From Angustibacter luteus (GTDB lineage Bacteria; Actinomycetota; Actinomycetes; Actinomycetales; Angustibacteraceae), in the NCBI RefSeq assembly GCF_039541115.1, contig NZ_BAABFP010000007.1, forward strand, positions 248,001-312,000: a stretch of 64,000 nucleotides of DNA. The letters are read 5' to 3'. The first letter of the stretch is position 1, and every line of letters begins with the position of its first letter. Positions 27,116 through 37,414 of the stretch are shown one piece after another. Position numbers and translations under genes: made by a program. The notes below the pieces were generated by a model. The model had not been told where the DNA came from, made no database searches, and worked only from the letters and a program-made list of their open reading frames with translations.

Positions 27116-27663
27116 ACCTCACGGGGCAGCTGCTGCTGGCGACCCCGACGCTGCGCGAGCCCACGTTCCACCGCACCGTCGTGCTGCTGCTCGACCACGG
27201 CGACGACGGTGGGCTCGGCGTGGTGCTGAACCGGCCGATGGAGGTGGACGTCGCCACGGTGCTGCCGCCCTGGCAGCCCTGGACGACGGACCCGGGCGTG
27301 CTGTTCCAGGGCGGCCCCGTTGCGCTGGACTCCGCGCTGGGGCTGGTCGGGGTCCCCGGCGACGGCGACGAGCCGCCCGGGGTGCGCCGGATCAACGGGT
27401 CGCTGGGCCTGGTCGACCTGGACACCGACCCGGACGACGTCGTCCAGTCGCTGTCCGGGCTGCGGGTCTTCGCCGGCTACGCCGGGTGGTCGTCCGGCCA
27501 GCTCGAGCGCGAGATCGAGGAGGGCGCCTGGTACGTCGTGGATGCCGAGCCGCGGGACGCGTTCACCGACCAGCCCGACCTGCTCTGGCGGTCCGTCCTG
27601 CGCCGCCAGGGTGGGGACCTCGCCTTCGTCGCGACCTTCCCCGAGGACCCCGAGCTCAACTAG
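27112..27663 (+). CDS. YqgE/AlgH (UPF0301) family protein
   Basis: GQLLLATP, FHRTVV, GVVLNRP, FQGGPV, FAGYAGWSSGQLE.EI..GAW. Confidence 0.92.
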   Translation: MNLTGQLLLATPTLREPTFHRTVVLLLDHGDDGGLGVVLNRPMEVDVATVLPPWQPWTTDPGVLFQGGPVALDSALGLVGVPGDGDEPPGVRRINGSLGLVDLDTDPDDVVQSLSGLRVFAGYAGWSSGQLEREIEEGAWYVVDAEPRDAFTDQPDLLWRSVLRRQGGDLAFVATFPEDPELN

Positions 27664-27697
27664 GAACGACCCCGGTGCGGCGAACTAGACTGGCGCG

Positions 27698-28009
27698 ATG
27701 AGCCACGAGGACCCGTTCGCGAACCCCGGCGAGCCGCAGCCGCAGGAGCAGCCGGCCAGCAGTCCGCAACGCACCGCCGTGCTCGAGCGCGAGACCGTCG
27801 AGGAGACCCGGGTCGAGCCGGGGGACCACGAGCGGTTCGCGCACTACGTGCGCAAGGAGAAGATCCTGGAGAGCGCGCTGTCCGGCGACCCGGTGATCGC
27901 GCTGTGCGGCAAGGTCTGGGTACCGGGCCGCGACCCGAACCGGTTCCCGGTGTGCCCCGCCTGCAAGGAGATCTACGAGGGCCTGCGCGCGCCGGACGAA
28001 AACAGCTGA
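27698..28009 (+). CDS. DUF3039 domain protein
   Basis: PGDHERFAHYV.K, ALCGKVWVP..DP..FPVCPACKEIY. Confidence 0.9.
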   Translation: MSHEDPFANPGEPQPQEQPASSPQRTAVLERETVEETRVEPGDHERFAHYVRKEKILESALSGDPVIALCGKVWVPGRDPNRFPVCPACKEIYEGLRAPDENS

Positions 28010-28092
28010 CCGGACGCCACCCCCGGACATTTTGCTAAGAATTGACCATTTGGGGGGAATGGTCCGCACCGACTCCTGGCTACGTTGCCACG

Positions 28093-29052
28093 ATGAAATC
28101 TGCCTCCCGACTCCTCCTCGCCCTGGCCAGCTCCACCGGCGTCGTCGCCGCCCTGGCCGTCATCCCCGCCTCGTCCGCCACCGCCGGCGCCGCCCCCGGC
28201 CCGACGACCTCGTCGTCCGCCCGCGCCTGCGAGACGCACACCGACACCGTGGCCGCTCGCGGAACCAAGGGCCGCGCCGACGCCAACGAGCTCACCACGG
28301 CGCAGGCCGCCGCGATGGAGAAGCAGTTCGCCCAGGCGCTGTCCGCCAAGGGCGTCGACCGTTCCGCCGCGCTCAAGGGCTCCACCTCCTCGGCGCTCGC
28401 GGCGACGTCCATCCCGGTGTACTTCCACGTGATCAAGAACGGCTCCGCCGGTGCCGTCAGCACCAGCCAGATCAGCCAGCAGCTGTCGGTGCTGAACAAC
28501 GCGTACTCCAGTGCGGGCTTCTCGTTCACCCTGGCCGGCACGGACACCACGTCGAACTCGTCCTGGTACAACGTCAGCCAGGGCAGCTCGGCCGAGCGGA
28601 ACATGAAGAACGCGCTGCGCAAGGGTGGCGCCAACGCGCTGAACGTCTACACCGCGAACCTGGGTGGCGGCCTGCTCGGCTGGGCGACCTTCCCGTCGTC
28701 CTACAACAGCCAGCCCAAGATGGACGGCGTCGTGATCCTGTACTCCTCGGTGCCCGGCGGCTCGGCCACCAACTACAACCAGGGCGACACCGGAACGCAC
28801 GAGGTCGGCCACTGGATGGGCCTTTATCACACGTTCCAGGGCGGCTGCTCGGGCTCGGGGGACTACGTGTCCGACACCCCGGCCGAGGCGTCCCCGGCCT
28901 ACGAGTGCCCGACCGGCCGGGACACCTGCTCCGCGTCCGGCCTGGACCCCATCAAGAACTTCATGGACTACACGTACGACTCCTGCATGAACACCTTCAG
29001 CGCCGGGCAGCGCACCCGGATGGCATCGCAGTGGGCGGCGTACCGGGGCTGA
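28093..29052 (+). CDS. Secreted zinc metalloprotease, M43B (pappalysin/ulilysin-like)
   Basis: Signal peptide; [21 protein letters not shown]; Met-turn NFMDY. Confidence 0.92.
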   Translation: MKSASRLLLALASSTGVVAALAVIPASSATAGAAPGPTTSSSARACETHTDTVAARGTKGRADANELTTAQAAAMEKQFAQALSAKGVDRSAALKGSTSSALAATSIPVYFHVIKNGSAGAVSTSQISQQLSVLNNAYSSAGFSFTLAGTDTTSNSSWYNVSQGSSAERNMKNALRKGGANALNVYTANLGGGLLGWATFPSSYNSQPKMDGVVILYSSVPGGSATNYNQGDTGTHEVGHWMGLYHTFQGGCSGSGDYVSDTPAEASPAYECPTGRDTCSASGLDPIKNFMDYTYDSCMNTFSAGQRTRMASQWAAYRG

Positions 29053-29084
29053 GCAGGGCCGGTCTCGACACGCCATAGCACGCC

Positions 29085-29118
29085 GCCGAGGGCCCGCGAA
29101 GCATCGCGGGCCCTCGGC
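29085..29118. terminator. Hairpin terminator after the M43 protease gene
   Basis: 15-bp perfect stem gccgagggcccgcga / tcgcgggccctcggc. Confidence 0.7.
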
Positions 29119-29155
29119 ATGTCCTTGTCCGGCAACGGTTACGCTCGCTGGACCG

Positions 29156-30913
29156 ATGAGTACCTCTGCCGCCTCCCACCTGCCCCCGGCCTTCCCCGGC
29201 CGCGCCCCCTGGGGCACCGCGTCGAAGCTGCGCGCCTGGCAGGCCGCTGCCCTCGACCAGTACCTGCGCGAGCAGCCCCGCGACTTCCTGGCGGTGGCCA
29301 CGCCGGGGGCCGGCAAGACGACCTTCGCGCTGCGGGTGGCGACCGAGCTGCTGGACCGCGGCGAGATCAGCCGGATCACCGTGGTCGCCCCCACCGAGCA
29401 CCTCAAGAGCCAGTGGGCGGATGCCGCGCACCGCGTCGGGATCCGGGTCGACCCGCAGTTCCGCAACGCGCACGGGACGCACGGCCGCGACTTCGACGGC
29501 GTGGCCGTCACCTACGCGCAGGTCGCCGCCCGCCCGCTGCTGCACCGGGCCCGCACCGAGGCCGCCCGCACCCTGGTCATCCTGGACGAGATTCACCACG
29601 GCGGTGATGCCCTGTCCTGGGGTGATGCCGTGCGCGAGGCCTTCGAGCCCGCGCAGCGCCGGCTGGCCCTCACCGGGACGCCCTTCCGGTCGGACACCGC
29701 CGCCATCCCGTTCGTCACCTACGTGCAGGACGGCGCGGGCGTGCGCCGCTCGCAGGCCGACTTCACCTACGGGTACGGCGACGCGCTGCGCGACGGCGTC
29801 GTCCGGCCCGTCATCTTCCTGGCCTACTCGGGTTCCATGCGCTGGCGGACCCGGGCCGGCGACGAGCTCAGCGCCCGCCTGGGCGACCCGCTCACCCAGG
29901 ACGTCACCGCGCACGCCTGGCGGACCGCGCTGGACCCCAAGGGCGAGTGGATGACGTCGGTGCTGCGGGCCGCGGACACCCGGCTGACCGAGGTGCGCCG
30001 GCACGTCCCGGACGCCGCGGGCCTCGTGATCGCGACGGACCAGACCCAGGCCCGCGCCTACGCCTCGCTGCTGCGGGGGCTGACCGGTGAGCCGCCGGTG
30101 GTGGTGCTGTCGGACGACAGCGGGTCGTCGTCCCGGATCGAGTCGTTCACCCACGGCGAGCAGCGCTGGATGGTCGCCGTCCGGATGGTGTCCGAGGGTG
30201 TGGACGTGCCGCGGCTGGCCGTGGGGGTCTATGCGACGTCCACGGCGACGCCGCTGTTCTTCGCCCAGGCCGTGGGCCGCTTCGTGCGGGCCCGGCGACG
30301 GGGGGAGACGGCGTCCGTGTTCCTGCCCAGCGTGCCGCTTCTCCTGCAGCACGCCGGTGAGCTGGAGGTCGAGCGCGACCACGCCCTGGACCGGCCGCGC
30401 ACCGGCCGCGACGAGGACTGGTCGCCCGAGGACGCGCTGCTGGCCGCCGCGAACCGTCCGGAGAACGCGTCCGCCGACCAGGATCTGCTGCCGTTCGAGG
30501 CGCTGGAGGCCCAGGCCGAGTTCGACCGGGTCCTGTTCGACGGCGGCGAGTTCGGGACGTCGGCCCTGGTCGGCAGCGAGGAGGAGCAGGACTACCTGGG
30601 ACTGCCCGGCCTGCTGGAGCCCGAGCAGGTGGCGGTGCTGCTGCGCGAACGGCAGGCGGCCCAGCAGAAGGGGCGGCGCTCGCGGGGGCAGGAGCCCGCT
30701 CCGGAGCGCGCGTCGCACCGTGAGGTGGCCGCGTTGCGCAAGGAGCTGCACCAGCTCGTCGGCGCCTGGGCCAAGCGCACCGGCCAACCGCACGGCACCG
30801 TGCACGCCGAGCTGCGGCGCTCGTGCGGCGGCCCGGCGGTGCCCCAGGCGGGCGCGCAGGAGGTCCGCGAGCGGATCGAGACGCTGCGGCGCTGGTTCGT
30901 CGGCAAGCGCTGA
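29156..30913 (+). CDS. Superfamily II (DEAD/DEAH-like) helicase, actinobacterial
   Basis: LRAWQ, ATPGAGKT, LDEIHH, LTGTPFR, MVSEGVDVP, QAVGRFVR. Confidence 0.9.
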   Translation: MSTSAASHLPPAFPGRAPWGTASKLRAWQAAALDQYLREQPRDFLAVATPGAGKTTFALRVATELLDRGEISRITVVAPTEHLKSQWADAAHRVGIRVDPQFRNAHGTHGRDFDGVAVTYAQVAARPLLHRARTEAARTLVILDEIHHGGDALSWGDAVREAFEPAQRRLALTGTPFRSDTAAIPFVTYVQDGAGVRRSQADFTYGYGDALRDGVVRPVIFLAYSGSMRWRTRAGDELSARLGDPLTQDVTAHAWRTALDPKGEWMTSVLRAADTRLTEVRRHVPDAAGLVIATDQTQARAYASLLRGLTGEPPVVVLSDDSGSSSRIESFTHGEQRWMVAVRMVSEGVDVPRLAVGVYATSTATPLFFAQAVGRFVRARRRGETASVFLPSVPLLLQHAGELEVERDHALDRPRTGRDEDWSPEDALLAAANRPENASADQDLLPFEALEAQAEFDRVLFDGGEFGTSALVGSEEEQDYLGLPGLLEPEQVAVLLRERQAAQQKGRRSRGQEPAPERASHREVAALRKELHQLVGAWAKRTGQPHGTVHAELRRSCGGPAVPQAGAQEVRERIETLRRWFVGKR

Positions 30914-30932
30914 GCTGTCCCGGCCGGGCTCG

Positions 30933-30978
30933 GATCGTGGCAACCTCGCATCGCCGGTGATGCGGTGTTGCCACGATC
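30933..30978. repeat. 46-bp GATC-bounded palindromic repeat, copy 1 (solitary)
   Basis: gatcgtggcaacctcgcatc-gccggt-gatgcggtgttgccacgatc. Confidence 0.92.
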
Positions 30979-31036
30979 ACGTCGTGTGGTCCCGCCTGCG
31001 CGGAACACGTGAGGCTCGCCCGCCGTTGTGCTCAGC

Positions 31037-31450
31037 ATGGCTACCACGGCACTGACCCCGCAGACCCATGACGAGACCGTCCAGGACGGCATCGTGCTCA
31101 TCGACTTCTGGGCCGAGTGGTGCGGCCCCTGCCGCCAGTTCGGTCCCGTCTTCGAGACGGTGAGCGAGGCCAACCCCGACGCGAAGTTCGTCAAGGTCGA
31201 CACCGAGTCCGAGCCCGAGCTTGCCGCGCAGTACGGCGTCAGCTCGATCCCGATGCTCGTGATCTACCGGGACGGCATCCCGGTGTTCGGCCAGCCCGGC
31301 GCGCTGCCGCAGCCGGCGCTGGAGGACCTCCTCAAGCAGGTCCGCGACCTCGACATGGACGCCGTCAAGCAGCAGTACGCGCAGCAGGTGGCCGCCGCCG
31401 AGGCGCAGGCCTCCGGTCGCAAGCCCGCCAACGACCCGACGAGCTTCTGA
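31037..31450 (+). CDS. Thioredoxin
   Basis: IDFWAEWCGPC, KVDTE, SIP, QPGALP. Confidence 0.93.
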   Translation: MATTALTPQTHDETVQDGIVLIDFWAEWCGPCRQFGPVFETVSEANPDAKFVKVDTESEPELAAQYGVSSIPMLVIYRDGIPVFGQPGALPQPALEDLLKQVRDLDMDAVKQQYAQQVAAAEAQASGRKPANDPTSF

Positions 31451-31486
31451 CCCGAGGGCTTCGGCCACGACGGCTTCTGCCACGAC

Positions 31487-31527
31487 AAGGCCCGGGCCGG
31501 GGAAGCACCTTCCCCGGCCCGGGCCTT
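31487..31527. terminator. Bidirectional terminator hairpin
   Basis: 19-bp perfect stem aaggcccgggccggggaag / cttccccggcccgggcctt between convergent genes. Confidence 0.8.
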
Positions 31528-31533
31528 CGTGCG

Positions 31534-31743
31534 TCAGCCCGACCCGGGTGGAGCCGGCTCGGCCGTGCCACGACGGGACCGGACGGCCAGCTCGACCGCC
31601 GCGAGCGCGGCCCACACGGCCAGCAGGATGGCCCAGCCGGACGCGCCCCAGCCGTGGCCGTCGACGGCCTGCGCGAGCAGCACCCCCACGACGACGGCCG
31701 CCAGGGACAGCAGCTGCCGGACCACCCAGCCCCGCGTGATCAT
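31534..31743 (-). CDS. Small two-TM membrane protein (candidate immunity protein)
   Basis: 69 aa with two hydrophobic helices; GAGGG SD; 29 nt downstream of the secreted ORF. Confidence 0.6.
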   Translation of the reverse strand: MITRGWVVRQLLSLAAVVVGVLLAQAVDGHGWGASGWAILLAVWAALAAVELAVRSRRGTAEPAPPGSG

Positions 31744-31772
31744 GCCGGGTCACCCCTCATCGAGCCCGCTCC

Positions 31773-32672
31773 TCACTTGATGCACTTCTTGGTCCAGATG
31801 CCCCACGCCCACAGGTCGGTCGGGCCGAACCCGTTGCGGATCTTGACGCACCGCTTGTGCGCGATCCCGGAGTTCACCTGCGTGCGGTACGCGCCGTACC
31901 GGTGGTTGACCGTGTAGGCGCAGGCCGCCTTCGCCGGTGCGCTGGGGATCTTGGCACAGATCGCCGACACGAGGGCCGTCACCGGCTTGCCGTACCGGTC
32001 CATCAGGTTCTTGGCCTTCCACATGTCCGACCAGTACAGCTCCTGGTAGTAGACGGGGCCGCGGTACCAGCCGACGGAGTACTTGGGGTCGGCCACGACC
32101 GGGAACGTCGCGCCCTCCGTGTCGACCAGCTGGCGGAGGCCGCCGTCCCCGCGCAGCTCGTACCGGGTGGGCAGCCGGCGCCCGGTGGCGTCCACCGCCC
32201 ACGGTGCCTCGACCGCACCCACCACGTCCGCACCGTCCACGACCACGAGCGCCCCGGCGCCGGCCGGCTCGAGCCGCTGGCCGGGCGCGAGCGCGTTCGG
32301 GTAGTCCACCGTGCGCTGGCCCGCGGTCAGCACCGTGAGGACCGCGACGCCGTCCTCGTGCGGCTGGACCAGCGTCGGGACCGGCGTCCCCGACGACGTC
32401 GCCGGGGCGACCCGCAGGCCGTGCACGGACTCCGGCGCAACCAGCTGCCGGACCTCGCCGGACGTCGCGTCGCGCGCGACAGCCATCGCCGCCGACAGCG
32501 AGGTGGAGGGCGGCGCGGTGTCGGACCTTGCGGTGGCGGACCTTGCGGTGGCGGACGCCGCGGGCGCTGCGATCGCCTCGGCGCCGGTCGTCACGCTCAC
32601 CGCGGCCGTCACCGCGGCCGCGGCCGCCAGCGCCGCCGTGCGCCACCTCGTTCCTGCTCTGCGCGCTCTCAT
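31773..32672 (-). CDS. Secreted protein: pro-domain ending PWAVDA...FPVVADP + 103-aa cationic Cys/Trp-rich C-terminal domain
   Basis: GGAGG SD, signal peptide, sharp compositional switch after VVADP. Confidence 0.75.
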   Translation of the reverse strand: MRARRAGTRWRTAALAAAAAVTAAVSVTTGAEAIAAPAASATARSATARSDTAPPSTSLSAAMAVARDATSGEVRQLVAPESVHGLRVAPATSSGTPVPTLVQPHEDGVAVLTVLTAGQRTVDYPNALAPGQRLEPAGAGALVVVDGADVVGAVEAPWAVDATGRRLPTRYELRGDGGLRQLVDTEGATFPVVADPKYSVGWYRGPVYYQELYWSDMWKAKNLMDRYGKPVTALVSAICAKIPSAPAKAACAYTVNHRYGAYRTQVNSGIAHKRCVKIRNGFGPTDLWAWGIWTKKCIK

Positions 32673-32846
32673 CCGTTGCCCCTCCGTTGAGCCGGCGACC
32701 ACGCGGATCGCGACCGCCGAGAAGCCCGGACGCTAGGTGACAAGTCGGGCACGTGACAATGCCCCACCTGGTCACGTGTCATTGGAGCCTTCGATGGGTG
32801 CCCGCTAGGCTCCGCGTGTGAACGAGCCAGTCGCGCCGGGCGAGCG

Positions 32847-33491
32847 ATGACCACCAGCGGCCATCCCGAGACGTCGCAGACGCTCGACCGGGGGCTGCAG
32901 CTGCTGCTGCTGCTCGCCGCGGACGAGTCCGGCTGCACCGTCACCGAGCTCGCCGCCGCCCTCGGCGTGGCGCGACCCGTCGTCTACCGGCTGCTGACCA
33001 CCCTGGAGCAGCGCCACCTCGCCACCCGGGGGCGGGACGGTCGGGTCCGGCTGGGGCTGGGCGTCCTGGCGCTCGCCGGGCGGGTGCAGCCGCTGCTGCG
33101 CGACGTCGCCACCCCGGTGCTGCGCCAGCTCGCCGACGAGGTCGGCGCCACCGCGCACCTGACGGTGGTGGACGGCGACGAGGCCCTGGCCGTGGTCGTG
33201 GTCGAGCCGCAGTGGACGCAGTTCCACGTGGCGTACCGGGTGGGCAGCCGGCACCCGCTGGTCCGCGGCGCCGCCGGCCGGGCCATCCTGGCGATGCGCT
33301 CCGGCGCTCCCGAGACGGCCACCAGCGACGGCGAGCTGCAGCCCGGCGCGCACGGGCTGGCGATCGGCTGGTCCGTCGGTCCGCTGGAGGGGTCGGTCGG
33401 CGTCGTGACGCTCACCCCGCTCGACCCGGACGACGTCTCCGCCGCCGTCCGCACCGCCCGGGACGACCTGGTCCAGCGGCTGCAGACCTGA
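32847..33491 (+). CDS. IclR family transcriptional regulator
   Basis: SQTLDRGL..L, VTELAAALGV.R.VVYRLL.TL, RVGSRHPL..GAAGRAILA. Confidence 0.9.
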   Translation: MTTSGHPETSQTLDRGLQLLLLLAADESGCTVTELAAALGVARPVVYRLLTTLEQRHLATRGRDGRVRLGLGVLALAGRVQPLLRDVATPVLRQLADEVGATAHLTVVDGDEALAVVVVEPQWTQFHVAYRVGSRHPLVRGAAGRAILAMRSGAPETATSDGELQPGAHGLAIGWSVGPLEGSVGVVTLTPLDPDDVSAAVRTARDDLVQRLQT

Positions 33492-33507
33492 CCGTCACGA
33501 GCGGCGG

Positions 33508-33978
33508 TCAGCGACGTCCGGCCTCCACCACCAGCGGCAGCACCCGCTGCTCCAGGATGCAGGCGAGCGCGACCACGGTCGAGGTGCGGATGATGTCGTC
33601 GTCGGCGACCAGCACGTCGATCACCCGCTGCAGGTCGTCGTTGTCGCGCGCGACGATCCGGCAGAACAGGTCGCCCTGACCGGTGATCGTGTGCACCTCC
33701 AGCACCTCCGGGATCGCCCCGAGGTGCTCGGCCAGCCGGTCCCGCGCGCCCTGGCGGATCTCCAGGTTCGCGAACGCGGTGACCCGGTAGCCCAGCGCCC
33801 GCGGGTCCAGCGTCGGCGCGAACGAGCGGATCACGCCGCGAGCGACGAGGCGGTCCAGCCGGGCCTGCACCGTGCCGCGGGCCACCCCGAGCCGCCGCGA
33901 GGCCTCCAGCACGCCGATCCGCGGCTCGCTGGTCAGCAGGTCCAGCAAGTGCGCATCGAGCTCATCCAGGGTGGACAC
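33508..33978 (-). CDS. Lrp/AsnC regulator divergent from hppD (HpdR-like)
   Basis: LDELD..LL.LL..EPR, LGVARGTVQARLDRL, IPEVLEVHTITGQGD. Confidence 0.9.
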   Translation of the reverse strand: MSTLDELDAHLLDLLTSEPRIGVLEASRRLGVARGTVQARLDRLVARGVIRSFAPTLDPRALGYRVTAFANLEIRQGARDRLAEHLGAIPEVLEVHTITGQGDLFCRIVARDNDDLQRVIDVLVADDDIIRTSTVVALACILEQRVLPLVVEAGRR

Positions 33979-34110
33979 AGTGCACAGTGTGACACGGGAA
34001 ACCCTGGACAGCCTGCGCAACCTGACCAGGCTGGGGGTGGGCAGTTGCCCGATGCCCTGTGGTCGGGCAGGCTCGGTAGGACGGCGACGACGACGTCCGC
34101 CGATTGCTGA

Positions 34111-35352
<1,242 letters not shown>

Positions 35353-35379
35353 CCCACCCCCAGCACCCCCACCCCACGG

Positions 35380-35449
35380 TTCCGCCACCCAGTCCGCTTT
35401 CCGCCACCCAGGCCGGTTTCCCGCGAGGAGAACCGGCCTGAGTGGCGGA
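35380..35449. repeat. Long imperfect hairpin with partial direct repeat (terminator or second REP-like family)
   Basis: tccgccacccaggccggtt (35400-18) / aaccggcctgagtggcgga (35431-49); ttccgccacccag at both 35380 and 35399. Confidence 0.65.
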
Positions 35450-35459
35450 GGCGGGAGCG

Positions 35460-37196
35460 TCAGCGACCGGTCACGGAGACGTCGTCCACGACGAAGCTCG
35501 TCTGCAGGCCGGCGTCCTCGGTGCCGCTGAACTTCAACGACACGCTCTGCCCGGCGTACGCGGAGACGTCGAACGTCTTCTGGGAGTAGCCGGTCGCGGC
35601 GCTGACGTTGGACCACGTGCCGAGGGTCTTGCTGCCGATGGTCGCGGTCAGCCGGTCGTAGACGGTCGAACCGGTCTCCGCCGTGTCGATGTGCAGCCAG
35701 AACGCCAGCGTGTACGTCGAGCAGCCGGCCGGGATGGTCAGCGTCTGGGCTGCCGAGTCCGTGTGGCTGCTGCCGTAGCCGTTCAGCCATGCCTTATAGC
35801 TACCGCCGTGGGCCGCCTGCCGGCTGTCGTTGGTGATCACCCCGGACGTCGTCGTCCACGGTGTGGTGCCGGACTCGAAGCCGCCGTTGCGCACGACCTC
35901 GGCACCGGTGCAGCCGGACCCGCCGCCCACGGTCAGCGAGTACGTCGCGGTGTGCGCGACGGAACCAGCACCGGTGACGGTGATCGGGTACGTCCCGCTC
36001 GCGGCCGACGAGCCGACGGCCACCGTCATGGTCGACGACGAGCCGGACTGCACGGACGACGGGCTGAACGAGACGGTGACGCCGCTGGGGGCGCCGGACG
36101 CCGAGAGGGCGACGGTCTGCGCGGACCCGCTGGTCGTGGCGGTCGACACGGTCGAGGTCGTCGACTGGCCGGCGCTCGCGCTGCCGGACGCCGGACTCAG
36201 CGATACCGAGAAGTCGTTGGTCGGGGTGGTCGTGCCGGAGACCGAGGTGGCCCACAGCGTGTACGCGACGCCGTCCGCGGCGTTGTTCAGGATCGCGTCG
36301 CTGATGTTGGACGTCGTGTCGCACGAGGCGTGGTAGCAGCTGTCGTAGGCCCGGTTCGCGGTGCCGCCCCACTTCGCGGCCTGGGCGGAGGACTTGGTGG
36401 CCGAGGCGCCCGCGGCGTAGCCGGACGTCGCGATGCCGGCCTGCTGGAACGAGTAGTCGTCCGAGCGGCCCTGGCCCTCGACGTTCTCCTCGGGCTGCAG
36501 GTTCTTGCTCACCCAGTAGGCCTTCATCGGGGCTGACGCGGCCGAGCTGATGTTGTTGATGAAGTAGCCGCCGTTGGGTGAGCCGACCATGTCGAAGTTG
36601 TAGTACGCCTTGATCGCCGACTTCTGGGTCGAGGTCAGCTGGGCGGTGTAGAACTTCGAGCCCTGCAGGCCCTGCTCCTCGCCGTTCCACCAGGCGAACC
36701 GCACGTGCCGGCTCATCGTCGGGTTGGCTGCGGCGAGCGCCAAGGCGTTCTCCAGCAACGTCGCCGACCCCGAGCCGTTGTCGTTGATCCCCGGCCCCGC
36801 GGCCACGCTGTCCAGGTGGGCGCCGAACATCGTCACCTGGTCGGACGGTCCGCCGGGCCAGTCGGCGACCAGGTTGTTGCCCCGGTAGGTGCACGAGGTG
36901 CACGTCTGCTCGGCCACGGTGAACCCGGCGGCCGTCAGCTTGGCCTTGAGGTAGGCCACGGACGCGGTGTAGCCAGCGCTGCCGGCCCGCCGGTTCCCGC
37001 CGTTCTGGGTGGCGATGGTGTTCAGCTGGGTCAGGTGCGCCTTGACGTTGGCGACGTTCACGTCCGGCGCGGCGGCCACCGCGCTCACCTGCCCGTGGGA
37101 GGTCGGGGTGGCGCTCGCGGCGGCCGGAGCCAGGGCGAGTGCGGCGCCGACGACGGCGGCCGCAGCGGCCGCTGACGTCATCGATCTGCATCTCAT
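35460..37196 (-). CDS. Secreted M28 aminopeptidase (S. griseus aminopeptidase-like) with C-terminal Ig-like and jelly-roll domains
   Basis: [54 protein letters not shown] module. Confidence 0.92.
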   Translation of the reverse strand: MRCRSMTSAAAAAAVVGAALALAPAAASATPTSHGQVSAVAAAPDVNVANVKAHLTQLNTIATQNGGNRRAGSAGYTASVAYLKAKLTAAGFTVAEQTCTSCTYRGNNLVADWPGGPSDQVTMFGAHLDSVAAGPGINDNGSGSATLLENALALAAANPTMSRHVRFAWWNGEEQGLQGSKFYTAQLTSTQKSAIKAYYNFDMVGSPNGGYFINNISSAASAPMKAYWVSKNLQPEENVEGQGRSDDYSFQQAGIATSGYAAGASATKSSAQAAKWGGTANRAYDSCYHASCDTTSNISDAILNNAADGVAYTLWATSVSGTTTPTNDFSVSLSPASGSASAGQSTTSTVSTATTSGSAQTVALSASGAPSGVTVSFSPSSVQSGSSSTMTVAVGSSAASGTYPITVTGAGSVAHTATYSLTVGGGSGCTGAEVVRNGGFESGTTPWTTTSGVITNDSRQAAHGGSYKAWLNGYGSSHTDSAAQTLTIPAGCSTYTLAFWLHIDTAETGSTVYDRLTATIGSKTLGTWSNVSAATGYSQKTFDVSAYAGQSVSLKFSGTEDAGLQTSFVVDDVSVTGR

Positions 37197-37414
37197 GCGG
37201 TTCTCCTCGGTAAGGACGACCCGACGGGAGGGGTCGGAAGCAGGCCGAACGCTCACACGCGGCGCGCGTACGGTCAACGGACGAGTCGGGGCAACTCGGG
37301 CAGTTGTCAAGTTTCTGTCAAATCCTGGCGAAGCCGCCGTCGGCCGGGCGTCCACGAGGGCCTGACCAGTGCGTGACGCGCCCTAGGGGAAGCCTTGACC
37401 CAGCCCGCAGAGAC

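Noticed and set aside
28082..28094. 13-nt match (acgttgccacgat) to the repeat's right arm at the M43 start
   Set aside because: There is no left arm, and it overlaps a -10 hexamer and the ATG; it could be chance or a decayed copy and cannot be supported.
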